Part shown: positions 48,945 through 62,451 of the stretch, piece after piece | Layout: each line of letters opens with the position of its first letter | How positions within the stretch are numbered: the stretch's first letter is position 1 | NCBI RefSeq assembly: GCF_018350175.1 | Contig: NC_058368.1 | Location: forward strand, 17,486,001 to 17,550,000 | From: Felis catus | Lineage: Eukaryota | Direction: 5' to 3' | DNA: 64,000 nt | Notes under the pieces: model-generated | Told to the model about the DNA's origin: nothing | Database searches by the model: none | The model's input: the letters and a program-made list of their open reading frames with translations, nothing else | Position numbers and translations under genes: made by a program

Positions 48945-51326
48945 ATGGGTCCTAAATATTGGACCATAAAATGTTTGCTCTCTCTGTTTGACTTACTCAG
49001 TTATGGCTGACTTTATCTGGTCTGATGGTTCTGTGACTTTCTAAACCATCTTTTATATCATCCATAATATATCTTACATAGTTCATGTAGAACATGTGAT
49101 TTATATTTTTGACTCTACATGTAGGGGCAATTGCTTTACAATTGATGTGCTCCAATCTGGAGTACAGACCCCATGAGAGATTCATAAACATCTGAAAGAT
49201 TCTTAATCAAAGGTCTACCTTAGAGAGGCAGTCACAAGAACTTCAGCGATCTCCAATGGACATCAAAGACTTTATCTCTAGTTAATCTGAGCATAATGGG
49301 TGTTAGAGATAATTTTCCATTGGCAAAATGAGTGGCACCTAAGGTATGTGGATTGCCCAAAAGTGTCATACAGGTACCGTGAGAATCCAGACCCTGAAGA
49401 AAGGCAATTTTGGCTTAAGACTCTAACTTGTCTCACACATGGCTACTGAGACAGGATTTCACCTCTTGGATTTTTGCCCTGACTGAATCTTTCAGACATG
49501 ATATTTATGGGAGTGCTTACAAAGACAGACAGCTGCTACTTCACTGAGCTTACAGAATAGGCTGTGATTGGTGTTGTGCTTGCTTGCCAAGGCTTGTATG
49601 GATGTCAGAACTGGATCGGAGATTTGCTCTCAGTGTAATAAACCCCCCTTCAGCAGTGCTGTGTGTAAGAAGATCTATCCAACTTTCCTACCTCTAACTA
49701 GTGAAGACTAACTGGTATTTCCCAGATAGAATTTACTAATTGTTAACTACTAAATAGCCTTGAGTCATTTGCAACCTTAAGGCTCTTAGCATGGGGTATA
49801 TCTTCCTTTCATGATGCCTTGGAGAAGTTCGGGCTCACCGCATGCTACGCTGAGGGCCGTGTTGAGATTATGCTCTCTTTGACTACAAAAATTATTCTCG
49901 GATTGGTCTCTGAAGTGAAACCAGAGGCTCATGTGTGACCCCAAGAAGCAGACCCTTGACAGAAGCAGTTGAGGGACTTTAACTCATTCATACCCATCAC
50001 GCTGTAGGCTACCTTGTTTCAGTCACCTAGAAACATCTGGTTTTCTCTAGTGCACAGTGAGAGAAAAGGTAAATTGGGAAAGAAGAGGCATCTATGGAAG
50101 AGATGGCTTTTTAAGTGCTATCCAACAATTTCAGTATATATGCACCTAAGAATGCTTGGAAAATAAAGTGGAAATGATCTTTTCCATAATTTTCAAGAAA
50201 AAGATAAGGAATCTTTTTTTTTTCTTTTTTTCCTCAGTCAGACATTACTCTTCAAACCAGTGACAGACCCTATTTGGAGATCTAATCTGGTAAACTGAGC
50301 AAGGAATATGCTTATCCTAAACGGAGCAGAGAACATTGGGCTGGAAGTATTTTTAACAGTTGGAAAGTCTTTTTTTTCTTTTTTTTTTTCCAAGCAAAAT
50401 GTTACAATGATTCTAATGTGAAAAATGGATGTAAGTAATGACCAGTTTCTTCAGTCAGTGTAAATATTCATTATTGTTTCCAAAGCCTCAAAACTCCTCG
50501 AAGGAGCCATCATTTCAAGACAGACATTCTCATGTGGCTCCTTTTCTGTCACAGGTTAAAACTGATTTCCAAGGCTCTCTGAATTCAAACTGCGGCTGCT
50601 AGGAGCTAGTGTTCGAAGACAGCTTTATGGGGGTTCTTCTCCCTGCTGTCAGAATAGCACTGTTCGTGAGCCAGTGAGGGCCAGGCCAGCTGGAGGCATG
50701 GCGGGCCATCAGATACTCTGAATTCTTACAGCCCTTGCGTGCCATGTTGGCAGCTGAAGTGGGAAAGCTTGGTCTAAACTAGATAGGCCTTTTATAAATT
50801 CTGGCAATGACAGACAAAATAGCTATACTCTGTTTTGTAGAACCACGTCCTCAGGCAGCCCCTAATAAATATCACAGTCCGTGGATGAAGCCTTCTTGCT
50901 CGAGACGTTGGCAGTGACGAAGGAGACCTGCCTCACTTTGGGTCTCAGCCAAGGATTGGCCTCACACAGGAACAGCTTCTCTTCCTATGTGATCGGAGTA
51001 TACCAGGAAGTCTCGTCGGCTCCCAAATATTCACGCAATCAGGTGCCTGAAATTCCACCATCAGAGATTAGTTTATTTAGGACAGCCAGCAGTACAGTAC
51101 CGAGTATCCAGCAGGCCTTTACAGCATCACCGCAGCTGTTCTTAGCATTGTAGGCATGACGGTCTCTGACGTTGGATCTTCATTGAGAGTATTTGGAGAT
51201 GTATGGGGGGGCACTTTGTGGTTATCACAATGCAGTAGGATAGAGACAGGAATGGCAGAAATGATGAAGCCAGGATTACTAAATATCTTGCAACGGGAGG
51301 GACTGTCTTATAGAAGGAAGAATTAT

Positions 51327-51524
51327 TGGGGCGCCTGGGTGGCTCAGTCAGTTAAATGTCCTACTCGTGATTTCAGCTCAGGTCACGACCTCATAGTTCT
51401 TGAGGTCAAGCCCTGCATCGGGCTGTGTGCTAAGAGTGCCGAGCCTGCCTGGCATTCTCTGTCTCCCTCTCCCTCTTTCTCTGCCCCTATCCTACCTCTT
51501 AAAAATAAATAAACATTTTTCTTT
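51327..51524 (+). mobile_element. Can-SINE inserted in a MER20-like remnant (~51180-51550)
   Basis: TSD aaggaagaa. Confidence 0.9.
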
Positions 51525-52559
51525 AAAGGAAGAACCAGCCCCAGACATTGAAAGAAAAAAAAATCAGATTTATCACTATCTCCTTAGTGTGTAATTACCT
51601 GATTTGTTTTCTTTCCAGCCTAAGAAACTTACACACTGAGCAAAATCTGTATGCCTATGGGGATGGAGAAGCACCAAACCCTAGCTGGACTAAATTATAG
51701 ACACAAAAAAGCTAAGGCCGGGGGCAGAGGAATAGGTGAGAATTGAATTAAATGAGGAAGTCTTTGGAAAAATCAGCCTGGTCTTTTCTGCATTCCCAGC
51801 CCTTCACACGTTTATGTGTAGGTGTAAATTCAGAATACTGGAGAATAAACAACGGTAGAAACTGAGTGACCCTTAAGACAGGGCAGCATAACCAGGGGGA
51901 TTTTAAGTCGACTCTGACTTGGACATGGGAATGGCCACTTGATGCCATGGCCATTTCGGGGTGCAGGAACCAGATGGGGTTTATCCTGCTCTGTCATTGA
52001 AGTCACGACAGCGGCCACAATAGTCCGCATTGAGCCCATCCCAGACCATAGCATTGATCTCGTTCTGCCTAGTGGGCCGTGATGAATCCCACACGCCTCA
52101 CAGACAAAGCGTTACTTCCTACGGGTGGCATTTTCTGCAGAGAGCAGAGAATGCTCCCTTTGTGCTTCTCCAGGTTTTTTATGAGCACCTGCCTGGGTCT
52201 GTGTCTCTCCCTGCACCTGCTGAGTTAGCAATCCTTCAGCATAAGTCGTGTCTGCCGAGAAGAGTCCCGTGACAAGAGAGCTCCAGTGAACCACACACAG
52301 CCTTTCCCCAGAGCTCTGGCAATAACAGATCTTGAGAACTGGCGGGCACCACACTCTTCTGAAAGAGCACTGGATCATCTAAACATAAATATGCGAATTT
52401 TTTTTTAATATATGGAAAAAATAAAACCCTAAAAAGAGTTGGTGTGTTTGGGAAAGAGTTTAGGAGCCTTTTATAAAAAAAACATGCTAAAGCCAGCTTT
52501 AAGCAAATGCAAGTGTGCATTAGCAGGAACTTGAAGGTATTTAAAATAGGTCTTGGTCA

Positions 52560-52738
52560 GGGCACCTGGGTGGCTCAGTTGGTTGAGTGTCCGACATTGG
52601 CTCAGGTCATGATCTCACATTTGGTGAGTTTGAGCCCCTGCTTCAGATCGTCTGTTTCCCTCTCAGTCCCTCCCCCACTCCCGCCTGTGCTCTCACTCTC
52701 AAAAATAAATAAAACATTAAAAAATAGTTTTCAAAAAT
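52560..52738 (+). mobile_element. Can-SINE with an internal deletion
   Basis: TSD aaaataggtc(t/c)tgg. Confidence 0.92.
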
Positions 52739-53405
52739 AAAATAGGTCCTGGAGTCTAAGGCATTCAAAAACACGGGGAGTTGATAAGTGTTTTCAAAAC
52801 TGGCACGAACCAAGTTTTGCTTTCAATGTGACATTTTCCGAACTTAGGGTCCAGAACGGGCTACCTGGAGAATATTGGGATAATTGCCTAATCATTTCCG
52901 ATTGTAATTGCTGAACTCTGTACTGATAACACTAGCACTAACTATAAATTGCAGCCTCACCTAAAAGATAAAAGAATCTAATTGTGGACACTAGAAGTAA
53001 GACTTCCCCTGTAGTTCTGGCCTCTCCTGTGCCCTGTCACCTCCTCCATTTCTTTCTCACTTCCTTATCCGCACCTATGGGGCATCACACTGGTAAAAGG
53101 GCAGTGATGAGGCACTGACTTCTCTAGTGACTGTTCCCAGTCAAGATCCTGGGGGAAAGGAGAAAAGAGACAGCATATCACAGATTTACCTGGATGGGGG
53201 TCATGCTCCTGACCAGCAGGTCTCCCAAGAATGAGGTCTCTCTCGCAGAAAAGCCTGAAGCCCCTCCCCACAGTTCTGGCCACAGTTGTAGGCACAGTTG
53301 TGGCCCCGTGGCCCCCACTGCAGACCACTGAAAGGGCAGGGTCCTTGTTCAGGAGCAAAGAGATAATGGTAGTTATTCTTATAGTTAAATAAGATGCATT
53401 CCTCA

Positions 53406-53409
<4 letters not shown>

Positions 53410-53464
<55 letters not shown>
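53410..53464. repeat. (CT)n microsatellite
   Basis: Directly visible. Confidence 0.97.
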
Positions 53465-54527
53465 AAGCATTTAAAGTGCCAAGCGCTGTGCAGGATTCTA
53501 GAAATTCAAGACTGAGAAAGACATAATTCTTTCATAGTTAAAAGGACGCTTCTGTCAAAACTGTGAACATGTATGGAAATAACTGTACTGTGAGGAGATT
53601 TAGGGCGATGGACAGCTGGGAGGTCATTTGTACCCGTAATTGTTGACATCAGGAAAATGTCACCCGAAAATAACTTAAAAGGTACCTACCATTTCAGGGT
53701 AAGTAGTGGATCAAAGATTGGGTTAGGACTTTATCCACAACAATAAAAAATGAAAAAAGTATTTCTTATAATTAACAAAAATTCAGTAAAAATCGCTTCT
53801 ACACACTAATTTACACAACCAGCCGAGCTGAAACAAAGGTTTGTTCTGTGAGTGGTATGAAAATTCTCCTTCAAATTATATGATGACCCTCCACATTACC
53901 TTTCACTTCATGTTTGACCTTCTCGTCTCAACCATTTGATGGGTCAGTTTGCAGAACTTTCTGCGGGCCTTGCCAGTTCTCTCAAGAGCCTTTCTTAAGC
54001 TTGTGGTATTGAAAGCATCATCTTTTGGAATGTCGCCCAACTGTTTATCCGAAAAAGTGAATTTCAACACACGTAGAAGCCCAGCCAGTGTAGAAGCAGC
54101 CCTTAATCAATTCTGGATTCTTCAGCCACGCACTTCGCTGCCTGTTCTGTCTCACAGCACGTCTGTGCATTTGTTCTGAGTCCCAGAGGTCTTATGAGGG
54201 TAAATCAGACCGACCCTTCCAGCTCTCTACAGGTGCCTGAGCTTTCCTCTCTCTAAGTTTTGCCTCTCCTCCTTTGCCTTCCTTCTTCCCCAAATGTGTT
54301 GTTCCTCACCCACTGATGTCTCTGAGGCTGGTCCACCATGTTGGATCAGGAGTCCATGCCAAGTTGGATGTTGACCAGAGAGCACCCATAGCAGTGGGAA
54401 GTGGACATCGAGAAGGCAGAGCTAAGGCATGAGGAGCAGCTGGGAGGAGGTCCCTTGTCTTACAGTGAGCTTCTAGAAAGCACAGCCTGCATTTACTGCC
54501 TCTGTTTTTTTTTTCCTCATGGTCATC

Positions 54528-54730
54528 TTTTAACATGTTTATTTATTGAGAGAGAGAGAGAGAGAGAGCAAGGGAGGGGCAGAGAGAGAGAGAAGGAGAG
54601 AGAGAGAATCCCACACAGGCTCCATGTAGTGCCAAGCCCCACTAGGGGCTCGAACTGACAAACCCGTGAGATCATGACCTGAGCCCAAATCAAGAGTTGG
54701 CTGCTCAACTGACTGGGCCACCCAGGTGCC
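54528..54730 (-). mobile_element. Can-SINE
   Basis: Full body. Confidence 0.9.
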
Positions 54731-54734
54731 TCTC

Positions 54735-54928
54735 CTCCTGGCCGTCCTTTAATCCACTTCAGCCTGGCTTCTGTCACTGTCACTCCAGGTGAATCTCCCT
54801 TTGCCAAGTTTTCTAGTAACTTTCTGGTTGCTAACTCTAGTAGATACCCATTAGCCTTTATCTTAATTCATTCACTGCAAACTTTGCTTTAAATTCTCTG
54901 CTCTTTTGGTCTCTATGCTTTCTCTTTG

Positions 54929-54968
<40 letters not shown>

Positions 54969-56520
54969 GTTGTTGTTATTTGATCTCTCACAACCCTGCC
55001 CTGTCTCCTTTTCTGTCTATCATCAATGTTAACGTGATCCAATGTTCTGTTCTATCATTGGATAACTTGTATTACACCCTTCACTGTTCTTTGTTTCAAA
55101 TGTAATTTTAGTCTATTTCCCTTTCCTGAGGTCAAGGTTCTTGTGTCTATATAACTAATAAGACATCTCCATTTTGATATTCCACAGACAATTTACACTC
55201 CGTACATTCAAAACTAAAAACTCCTTTCCCTTGGCGACCCTATTTTCTTTCTTTACTCCCCATTTTCATAAATGATGCCACCACTCCTTGGTCTGCTAAG
55301 CAAGGGACTGCAATCACATCTTTGATGATCTCCTTTCTTCATGCCCCGTGACTAACCAGTCACACCTTTGTTGCTTTTTCCTGCCTAAACCTCTCAAACT
55401 GTTTTCCTCCTCTTACACCGGAAGGTTGAGGCCTTAATACAGGTCTTATCAGATCCTTATTTAATTACTCTGACAGCCACCTACGTTATTTAGCTATTTC
55501 TGTTCTATTTCCTGTCCCATAAATTCTCTATAGTTCAGAATACAGTTACATTTTTTATTATAAAATATAAGTCTGCTCGCCTCATTCCTCTTTTGTCTTA
55601 GTTATCTCTCTCTGCATAACAAACTATCCTAAGATATGATGGCTTGAAACATAATAAACATTTATTAATCTCATCATTTCTGTCAGGAATTCAGGCATAG
55701 CTTAGCCAACTGCTTTTGTTTCCAGGTCTTTCAAGACATTGCAGTCAAGATGTTGGCTGGGCCTGCAGTCATCTAAAGGCTTGACTGGGGCTGGAAGAGT
55801 CATCTCCAAGATGGCTCAGCTCGTGGCTGGCAAGGAGATGCTGGCTTTTGGCTGGAGGCCCCCGCTCCTCCCCACACGACCTCTCCCCAGGCTGTATCCT
55901 CACAATAAGGCTACTGGCTTTCCCACAGCGCAGAGATCCAGAGGAGAAGGATTCGTGCAGAATGACCTAGCCTCAGAAGTCACAGGCATCATTTTGTGCC
56001 ACATTCTAGTCATTAGTAGAACAGGAAGAGAATTAGCCTCCATATTTGGGGTGTGGAGGGTGACTGTGAACAAATCATAGATGTATTTTAAGACCATCAC
56101 ACCTTCTGAAAAATCTTACCATGCCTTTTACAATATTCCTAACACTTTCTTCCTCTTCTACTCCTTCAGATCTGCTAAGTTAGTCACAGCCGTATGAACT
56201 CATTGTGATTTTTCTATGCTCCTGCTTTTGCACATCCTCCCTTTTGCCTGTCATACCCATCCTACTTCATTACCTCTCTACTATCTACTTATCCTTCAAA
56301 ATCCTCATCAGACCCCAACATTCTCTAAGTCTGCTTCCTGCTTCGCAGCCCATACCACTCGCCTGACACCAGGTGGACTTAATACAGTGCACTATTTGTA
56401 CCCCGCCCCCCCACCATGGTTTAACTACCTCTCCAGATCTATACGTTCAGGCTAGTATCTTTTATCTCTGCGTCTTCATTGCTCAGCACAGGTCCCGTCA
56501 TATTTGTGTCGGTTTGTAAA
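54735..56520 (+). mobile_element. L2 remnant interrupted by a MaLR LTR
   Basis: Pyrimidine-rich L2 motifs (gacatctcca..cattcaaaactaaaa..; cttatccttcaa..ctca). Confidence 0.55.
55594..56101 (-). mobile_element. MaLR LTR (MLT1F/G/H-like)
   Basis: gcataacaaactatcc..aaacatttatta..gcagtcatctaaaggcttgactggggctgga..tgacctagcctcagaagtcac. Confidence 0.8.
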
Positions 56521-57523
56521 ATGATGGTGTGAATTCATTAATAGTAATACCTGACCTCCACAAAAAGCTCATCAGAAAAGCAAACAAAGTAAATCGCTGA
56601 GGACTATAACCAAGTCATTGGCAGTAGGTGAGAGAGGGGGAAAGGGTTTGAGAAAGATGCAGTGACAAGTATAGGAAAGGGAGGAGAAAGAATCAGGATG
56701 CCTTGGAGTGTCTAATTAAGCTGTCGGGTGAAAAGACTGAATTAGTGGGGAGAGAGGAGAATGAATTTAATTCTGAAGATGCGGGTTTTAGGATGCCTGT
56801 GGTTCTCTACAGACTGGCCTCATAAGACTTAGGAAAAAAGTTCTGAAAGTCAGGAGAGGTCACACCAGAGATAGATGTGAGAGATGTTATCTGTACTGTG
56901 AGTTACATCATTGTTCTCTATATAGGAATCATAAAAAATGGGGAAAAATATTGCCAAGTAGGAAGAGACAATAGTTGTCATTCTTCCTAAGTTCACAAAG
57001 GGCAGAGAAGAAGCTGCCGTAGTTTACTGCCCATCATTTCCTGGGTGTCACTCACACCAAGTATTCTGGCCAACTCTAGGCCATCATTCATGAACTACTG
57101 TGGGGGAAGCATTGGCCACTCCCACAGTGGTTCAGAGAATTTTACAATGTTCAACTGTTGTGTCCAATGTACCGAGGCTCAGTTCAACTTAATTTAGAAC
57201 TCTAAAGCACCGCTTAGAATTGTGGTTGATTAGTCAATCAGAGGGATTCTAAAGTGCATCTTGGGTTATTTACTATGAATCTAAAATTAAAATGTCATTT
57301 ATTTTCTAAGAACATAAAAAATAAAACTATTTCCCAGAAGTGATTAAAGTTAGTTTGTGTATAAGTGACACCTTCTTCAATCAGCCTAAGTGTAAGTAGA
57401 AGAAAAGATTGGGCATTTTTGAAATTTCATGTAATTTGAGTAATGTATAAACCAGTTTGGGGAGAAAATTGATTTTCAAGGCAATTCTTTGTTTTCCGGT
57501 CAATACATATTGTTTTTCAAAAC

Positions 57524-57753
57524 TTATTTTTTATTTTTTTTAAATCTTTTTTTTTTGAAGTTTTTATTTATTTTTGAGAGACAGAGCACAAGTGGGGGAG
57601 GGGCAGAGAGAGAGGGAGACAAAGAATCCGAAACAGGCTCCAGGCTCTGAGCTGACAGCACAGAGCCCAACGCGGGGCTCGAACGCACGAACCGTGAGAT
57701 CATGGCCTGAGCTGAAGTCAGACGCTTAACCGACTGAGCCACCCAGGTGCCCC
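57524..57753 (-). mobile_element. Can-SINE (SINEC_Fc type)
   Basis: Full body, sitting in the tail of the next copy. Confidence 0.95.
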
Positions 57754-57754
57754 T

Positions 57755-57975
57755 ATTTTTTATTATTATTTTTTTTAATGTCTATTTATTTATTTTTGAG
57801 AGAGACAGCATGAGCAGGGAAGGGGCAGAGAGAGAGAGAAGGAGACAGAGAATCCCAGGCAGGCTCTAAGTCATCAAGAGCCCGACGCAGGGCTCAAACC
57901 CATGAACCATGAGATCATGACCTGAGCCGAAGCCACATGTCAGACGCTCAACTGACTGAGCCACCCAGGCGCCCC
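57755..57975 (-). mobile_element. Can-SINE
   Basis: Full body. Confidence 0.93.
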
Positions 57976-58261
57976 AAACCTTGTTTATTTTTTAAAACTC
58001 GGAATACATTCTAGAAAGTTTTCAGGTTCTATTTCTCTTTGGAGAACCTCTCTCCAGAGCAGCTCTAAAAGAGACCAGGTTTCTAATCATCTCGACAACT
58101 GTACAAGAAGTCAGCCGTGAAGCCAGAATGAGATATATCAAAGCACCTTTGATCATTTGATTAGCTGTTTCACTCTTTCAAAAGCGGGGACCGGAGGTTA
58201 TGCTAGATTGTGTTGCTTTCAACGTGTGCTTCCTCTCACCTCGTTCTACCCGAGCTGCCGA

Positions 58262-58275
58262 CAAGCAGGTGGCAG
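58262..58275 (+). promoter_or_regulatory. CTCF-like motif
   Basis: caagcaggtggcag matches CCASYAGRKGGCRS at 13 of 14 positions. Confidence 0.35.
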
Positions 58276-58663
58276 CCAGGACGGAGCAAGGGTGTCTTCC
58301 CCCTCTTGGCTTCGAGCATTTCGAGTGCACGTCAGTTTTAGGCAAACGGGGTGTGTATGTCTAAGTAAGTCTCGGTCTGACCCCGTCGCTCGGTGCCTCA
58401 CTAGAGAAGTAGCACTGCGATGCGTGCCCCAGTGAGTTATGTGTGCTCGTAAAAACACCCTGCAATTCGCAAAGCTATCGACTCTTAGTCATGAAGGAAA
58501 AACACCCGTCAAAAGAGTTTTATTTCGACTTGTTAATGACACCGCAAATAGAGGACGATGCCATCATTTCAGGGCACAGTATTACAAAGCAGGCCTCTTC
58601 CAGGGCGTCTGGAACAGGGCAGGCTGGCTCTGGTCCCTAATTAGAGAAGCCCCACCACGGACA

Positions 58664-58680
58664 CCATAAATCAGTTGTCA
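58664..58680 (-). promoter_or_regulatory. MEIS + PBX/HOX composite-like site
   Basis: Minus strand reads TGACA-ac-TGATTTATGG. Confidence 0.35.
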
Positions 58681-59149
58681 TCAGAGAACTGTCCTCCTCT
58701 GTGTGCAAGGAGGCTCTGCATCCGTTAGCACCGAGGCCAAACCCCAAGGCCATTACAGCGGCTCAAGAGTTCCCGGACATGGCTCATTGCTCAGCAGATA
58801 ACTTGATACTTTTCTCATAGCTCCGAGATGATAAAGTGGCTTATTAGGTACTTATACATTCATAGGCACGTGGTGCTCCTGGCTCTGAGAGAAGTTTGGA
58901 GAACAGCTCACAGAAGAGCATGATCTTTCACTGTACCGAATTCTTGAATTCCTTCTGAGAAGGACAGAGTTAGATCTGGAAGTTTCAGCTAAATTCCACC
59001 TCACTCAGCAGGCCTCAGCCAGCCGGACAACCCAGCACTCGGTGCCCAGGGGCCCTGCTGGGTGGAGGCATTCAGCCCTCTTAACAGCTTCCTCTTTGTA
59101 AGCCGGATCCTCCAGAAGGAATGACAGCAGGGGACATGATGTGAAGCAC

Positions 59150-59550
59150 TGCTGGGGGCTGAATTGTGTCCCTTGAAGAATTCATATGCTGAAGTCTTAA
59201 GTCCCCATATCTCAGAATGCAACTGCATGTTTGGAGACAGGGTCGTTAAGGAAGTGATTACATCAAAATGAGGTCATTAGGATGGTCCCTAATCCAAAGT
59301 GATTGGCGTCCTTATAGGAAGAAGAAATTAGGACATGGACCCAGTTAAGATACAGAGGGAAAAGCATATGAAGACACAGGTAGATGCCCACCAGCTCCAA
59401 GCCAAGGAGAGAGGCCTCAGGAGAAACCAAACCTGGCCAGCACCCTGATCTTGGGACTCCAGCCTGCGGAAGTGTGAGAAAGTTAAGTTTCCCTTGTTTC
59501 AGGCACCAGTCTGTGGTTCTTTGTTCTGGTGGCCCTGGCAAATTAATACA
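59150..59550 (+). mobile_element. MaLR LTR (MLT1B-like)
   Basis: gggctgaattgtgtccc..atctcagaatg..tttggaga..caagccaaggagagaggcctcaggagaaacca..gcaaattaataca. Confidence 0.88.
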
Positions 59551-59560
59551 AGCATTTTCT

Positions 59561-59784
59561 TTCTTTCTTCTTTTTTTTTTTTTTTAACATTTATTTATTT
59601 TTGAGACAGAGAGAGAGCATGAACAGGGGAGGGTCAGAGAAAGAGGGAGACACAGAATCCGGAACAGGCTCCAGGCTCTGAGCTGTCAGCACAGAGCCCG
59701 ACGCGAGGCTCGAACCCACAGACCATGAGATCATGACGTGAGCCAAAGTCGGACGCCTAACCGACTGAGCCACCCAGGCGCCCC
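59561..59784 (-). mobile_element. SINEC_Fc
   Basis: Perfect 16-bp TSD aatacaagcattttct. Confidence 0.97.
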
Positions 59785-60070
59785 AATACAAGCATTTTCT
59801 AAAATCTCTTTTAAAAATATGTTATGCAAACAGATTGTGACCACGCGATGATCAGCATATTTTGCTAGAGGATTTGAAAGAGATAAGAACAGTGTTTCAG
59901 GCCACACACAAAGTTCAGCAATTTTAACTCAATTGGCTGCACCCATTAGCAATGGTTTAGTGCAAAAGATGAGTAGATTTACTTAAGCTCACATAAAGTA
60001 GTAAAAATAACTTCAAAAAAGAGAGAAAAATACCATTTTAAGAATTTAGGAAAAAGTGCTTTCTAACAGG

Positions 60071-60296
60071 TTTTTTTTTTTTAATTTTTTTTTCAACGTT
60101 TATTTATTTTTGGGACAGAGAGAGACAGAGCATGAACGGGGGAGGGGCAGAGAGAAAGGGAGACACAGAATCGGAAACAGGCTCCAGGCTCTGAGCCATC
60201 AGCCCAGAGCCTGATGCGGGGCTCGAACTCACGGACCGCAAGATCGTGACCTGGCTGAAGTTGGACGCTCAACCGACTGCGCCACCCAGGCGCCCC
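60071..60296 (-). mobile_element. Young SINEC_Fc
   Basis: gagccatcagcccagagcc variant; TSD agg(t)n-aatt. Confidence 0.97.
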
Positions 60297-62451
60297 AGGT
60301 TTTTTTTTTTTTAATTAAAATGGTCAAAACTATTTCTTTGGAATAGTATTGGCAGGACTTTTGAAATAAAGAGTGAGTTATGGTAGCACTGTCTACCTAG
60401 ATAGTCATGTTTGTTTACTCTTTGCTAAGTGCTGAGCTCTGAGCACCGAGAATGATGAGATGCTTCCTGCCCTCTGAGAGCTCACAACCCTAGTGGGAAG
60501 GAGGGCATCCACCACCATTAATACAGTAGTGGGATCACTGTACAAAGTATTTGGGGACATAGAGAAAGGAGAGATCAAGAAATGCACCTGAAAGTGTCAG
60601 GGAATACGTCACTGAAAACAGAAATGAAAAAAAATATCACTGGGGAAAGAACACTGTGTGATCTAGTGAATCTCTGTGATCCAGAGAATTACTAAATTTG
60701 GGGCTTCCAGTGCCCTTCCTGTAAAGTTGGGGGATAAAAATGCATTCTGTGTCAAGACTTTAGGAAGCGTTGTAGAGTAAGACTACCTCGCACATAATTT
60801 ACACTCAGTAGATTTTCTTCCTTCTCTGTAGTTGGCTTCTCTTCTATCCCTTCCTTCCCCAACCCCCTTCCCCCTCCTTCTTCTTTGCCTGATCTTATGG
60901 TCTTCCTCCTGGTTAATCATGTATCACGCATCATTCCAGCAAAAAAGCAGCCTAAGTGCCTGCCAATGCATGGGTGAATCAGTGACATTTAGGTACTTGC
61001 CAAAACTAGAATCATGCTTTCTGTTGACCATCTAAATTGACTTAATGGTACCTGTCTAAAAAAAATAAATAAATAAAAAAGTAAGTGAAGTGGGAGATTC
61101 TGAACACCAAGAGACCCAGCCACCAGTCTACATCCATTTAGTTTTCACTCCCAACACTGTTACACTATCTTATGCCCAGTATGTACATGTTACCACACTG
61201 GTGTCAGCCCTTAACTGGTGGGATATCCCCTCTTGTTTCAAATGTCCAAGGAGGAATGTACCTCCAAATGTTTAGGTTGCATATACAAATGAGCTGACTT
61301 CTAACAAAACATTTGTTTCCAGACGGAGGAGATATTTGGAACCATTCTATAACTTCCCTTGTGGTACAAATGATTGAACACTTCATTACCTCCTTTGAGG
61401 ACAGAAAAGCCCACAGATCCCTCTCTGGATTTTTTCTTTTTTTTTAAGCATTATTAAACAGCAAGCCAGCCTGATGTCGTGCAGCGATTTCTCACAGGAA
61501 CTTTGCAACCGTGGTCCAGTCTACTGGTTGCAGTAATAAGAACTTTATCTTTCATAGAAATTTATTGTGTGATGTATTTCAGAACAGTAAGCACTGGTTT
61601 CCATTTGCTAATTTCTCTTATTTCTCTGAAGAAGAGAAAATTTATTGCCAGTCTGGTAAATGTTAAAGGGTTTTAGGTCTGTAACGGGAAATTTGGTTAA
61701 GGATTTTCCAGAAGACATGAGTACCAAAAATGAGACAGTTTAGCGAAAAACTTGCTACATGATACTTCAAAATGCCATCATGGAGAAAAAATTCAAATTC
61801 TGTTGGACTTCGTTATGCGAGTTTTATACTGTAATACTCTTTTCCTTTTCAATTATACATTTTGGGGGAGTGATATGGGTTGCAGGGTGGGGCTCCCACA
61901 GTCTTAGCAGAGATTGGTAAAGGTCTTACCCTGACCATGACTTGAGTCGTTATCAAATAGGTAACCCCAAAGCTACTTAAAACACTAGTTTTGCTTACGG
62001 AAGATAAAGATATACTGAAAATACACAGGGAATATGGGAAGTGCACAGTGGCACATTCAGACTGGCTATCCGGGGGCAGAAGCTGGGTGTGAGACAGAAA
62101 AACAGACACAAATCAGTGGGCATACTAGAACAGACACTGCAGAGCAAGTGATGAGAGGCCTGACTGTATGTGCGTTATAGTGGAAAACTGCCCCAGGACC
62201 CTAGCCAAAAACCCCCCAAAATTAATAATTTTGATTACTGTTAAGAGCAGAGTAGAACTGAGTCAGAAACGAGCTTTTCAAACAAAGGGATAAAATCGTG
62301 AAAGTACAAGATCAATAGAGAGCACCACCACTTCCAAAAGAGACGCCATCCACAGAAAGCCCTCCCACTGGACTCCGCTTCTGTAGCCCTTTGCCCTGAA
62401 ATTTCTTTCAGCAGCACAGAGCTGTTGACTGCTTTAAAATTGCAAACTGGA

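Noticed and set aside
3822..59791. Many similar short ORFs (MAQSVKRPTSAQV..., ...ERERETESQAGS...) that look like a gene family
   Set aside because: All are translations of Can-SINE bodies on either strand.
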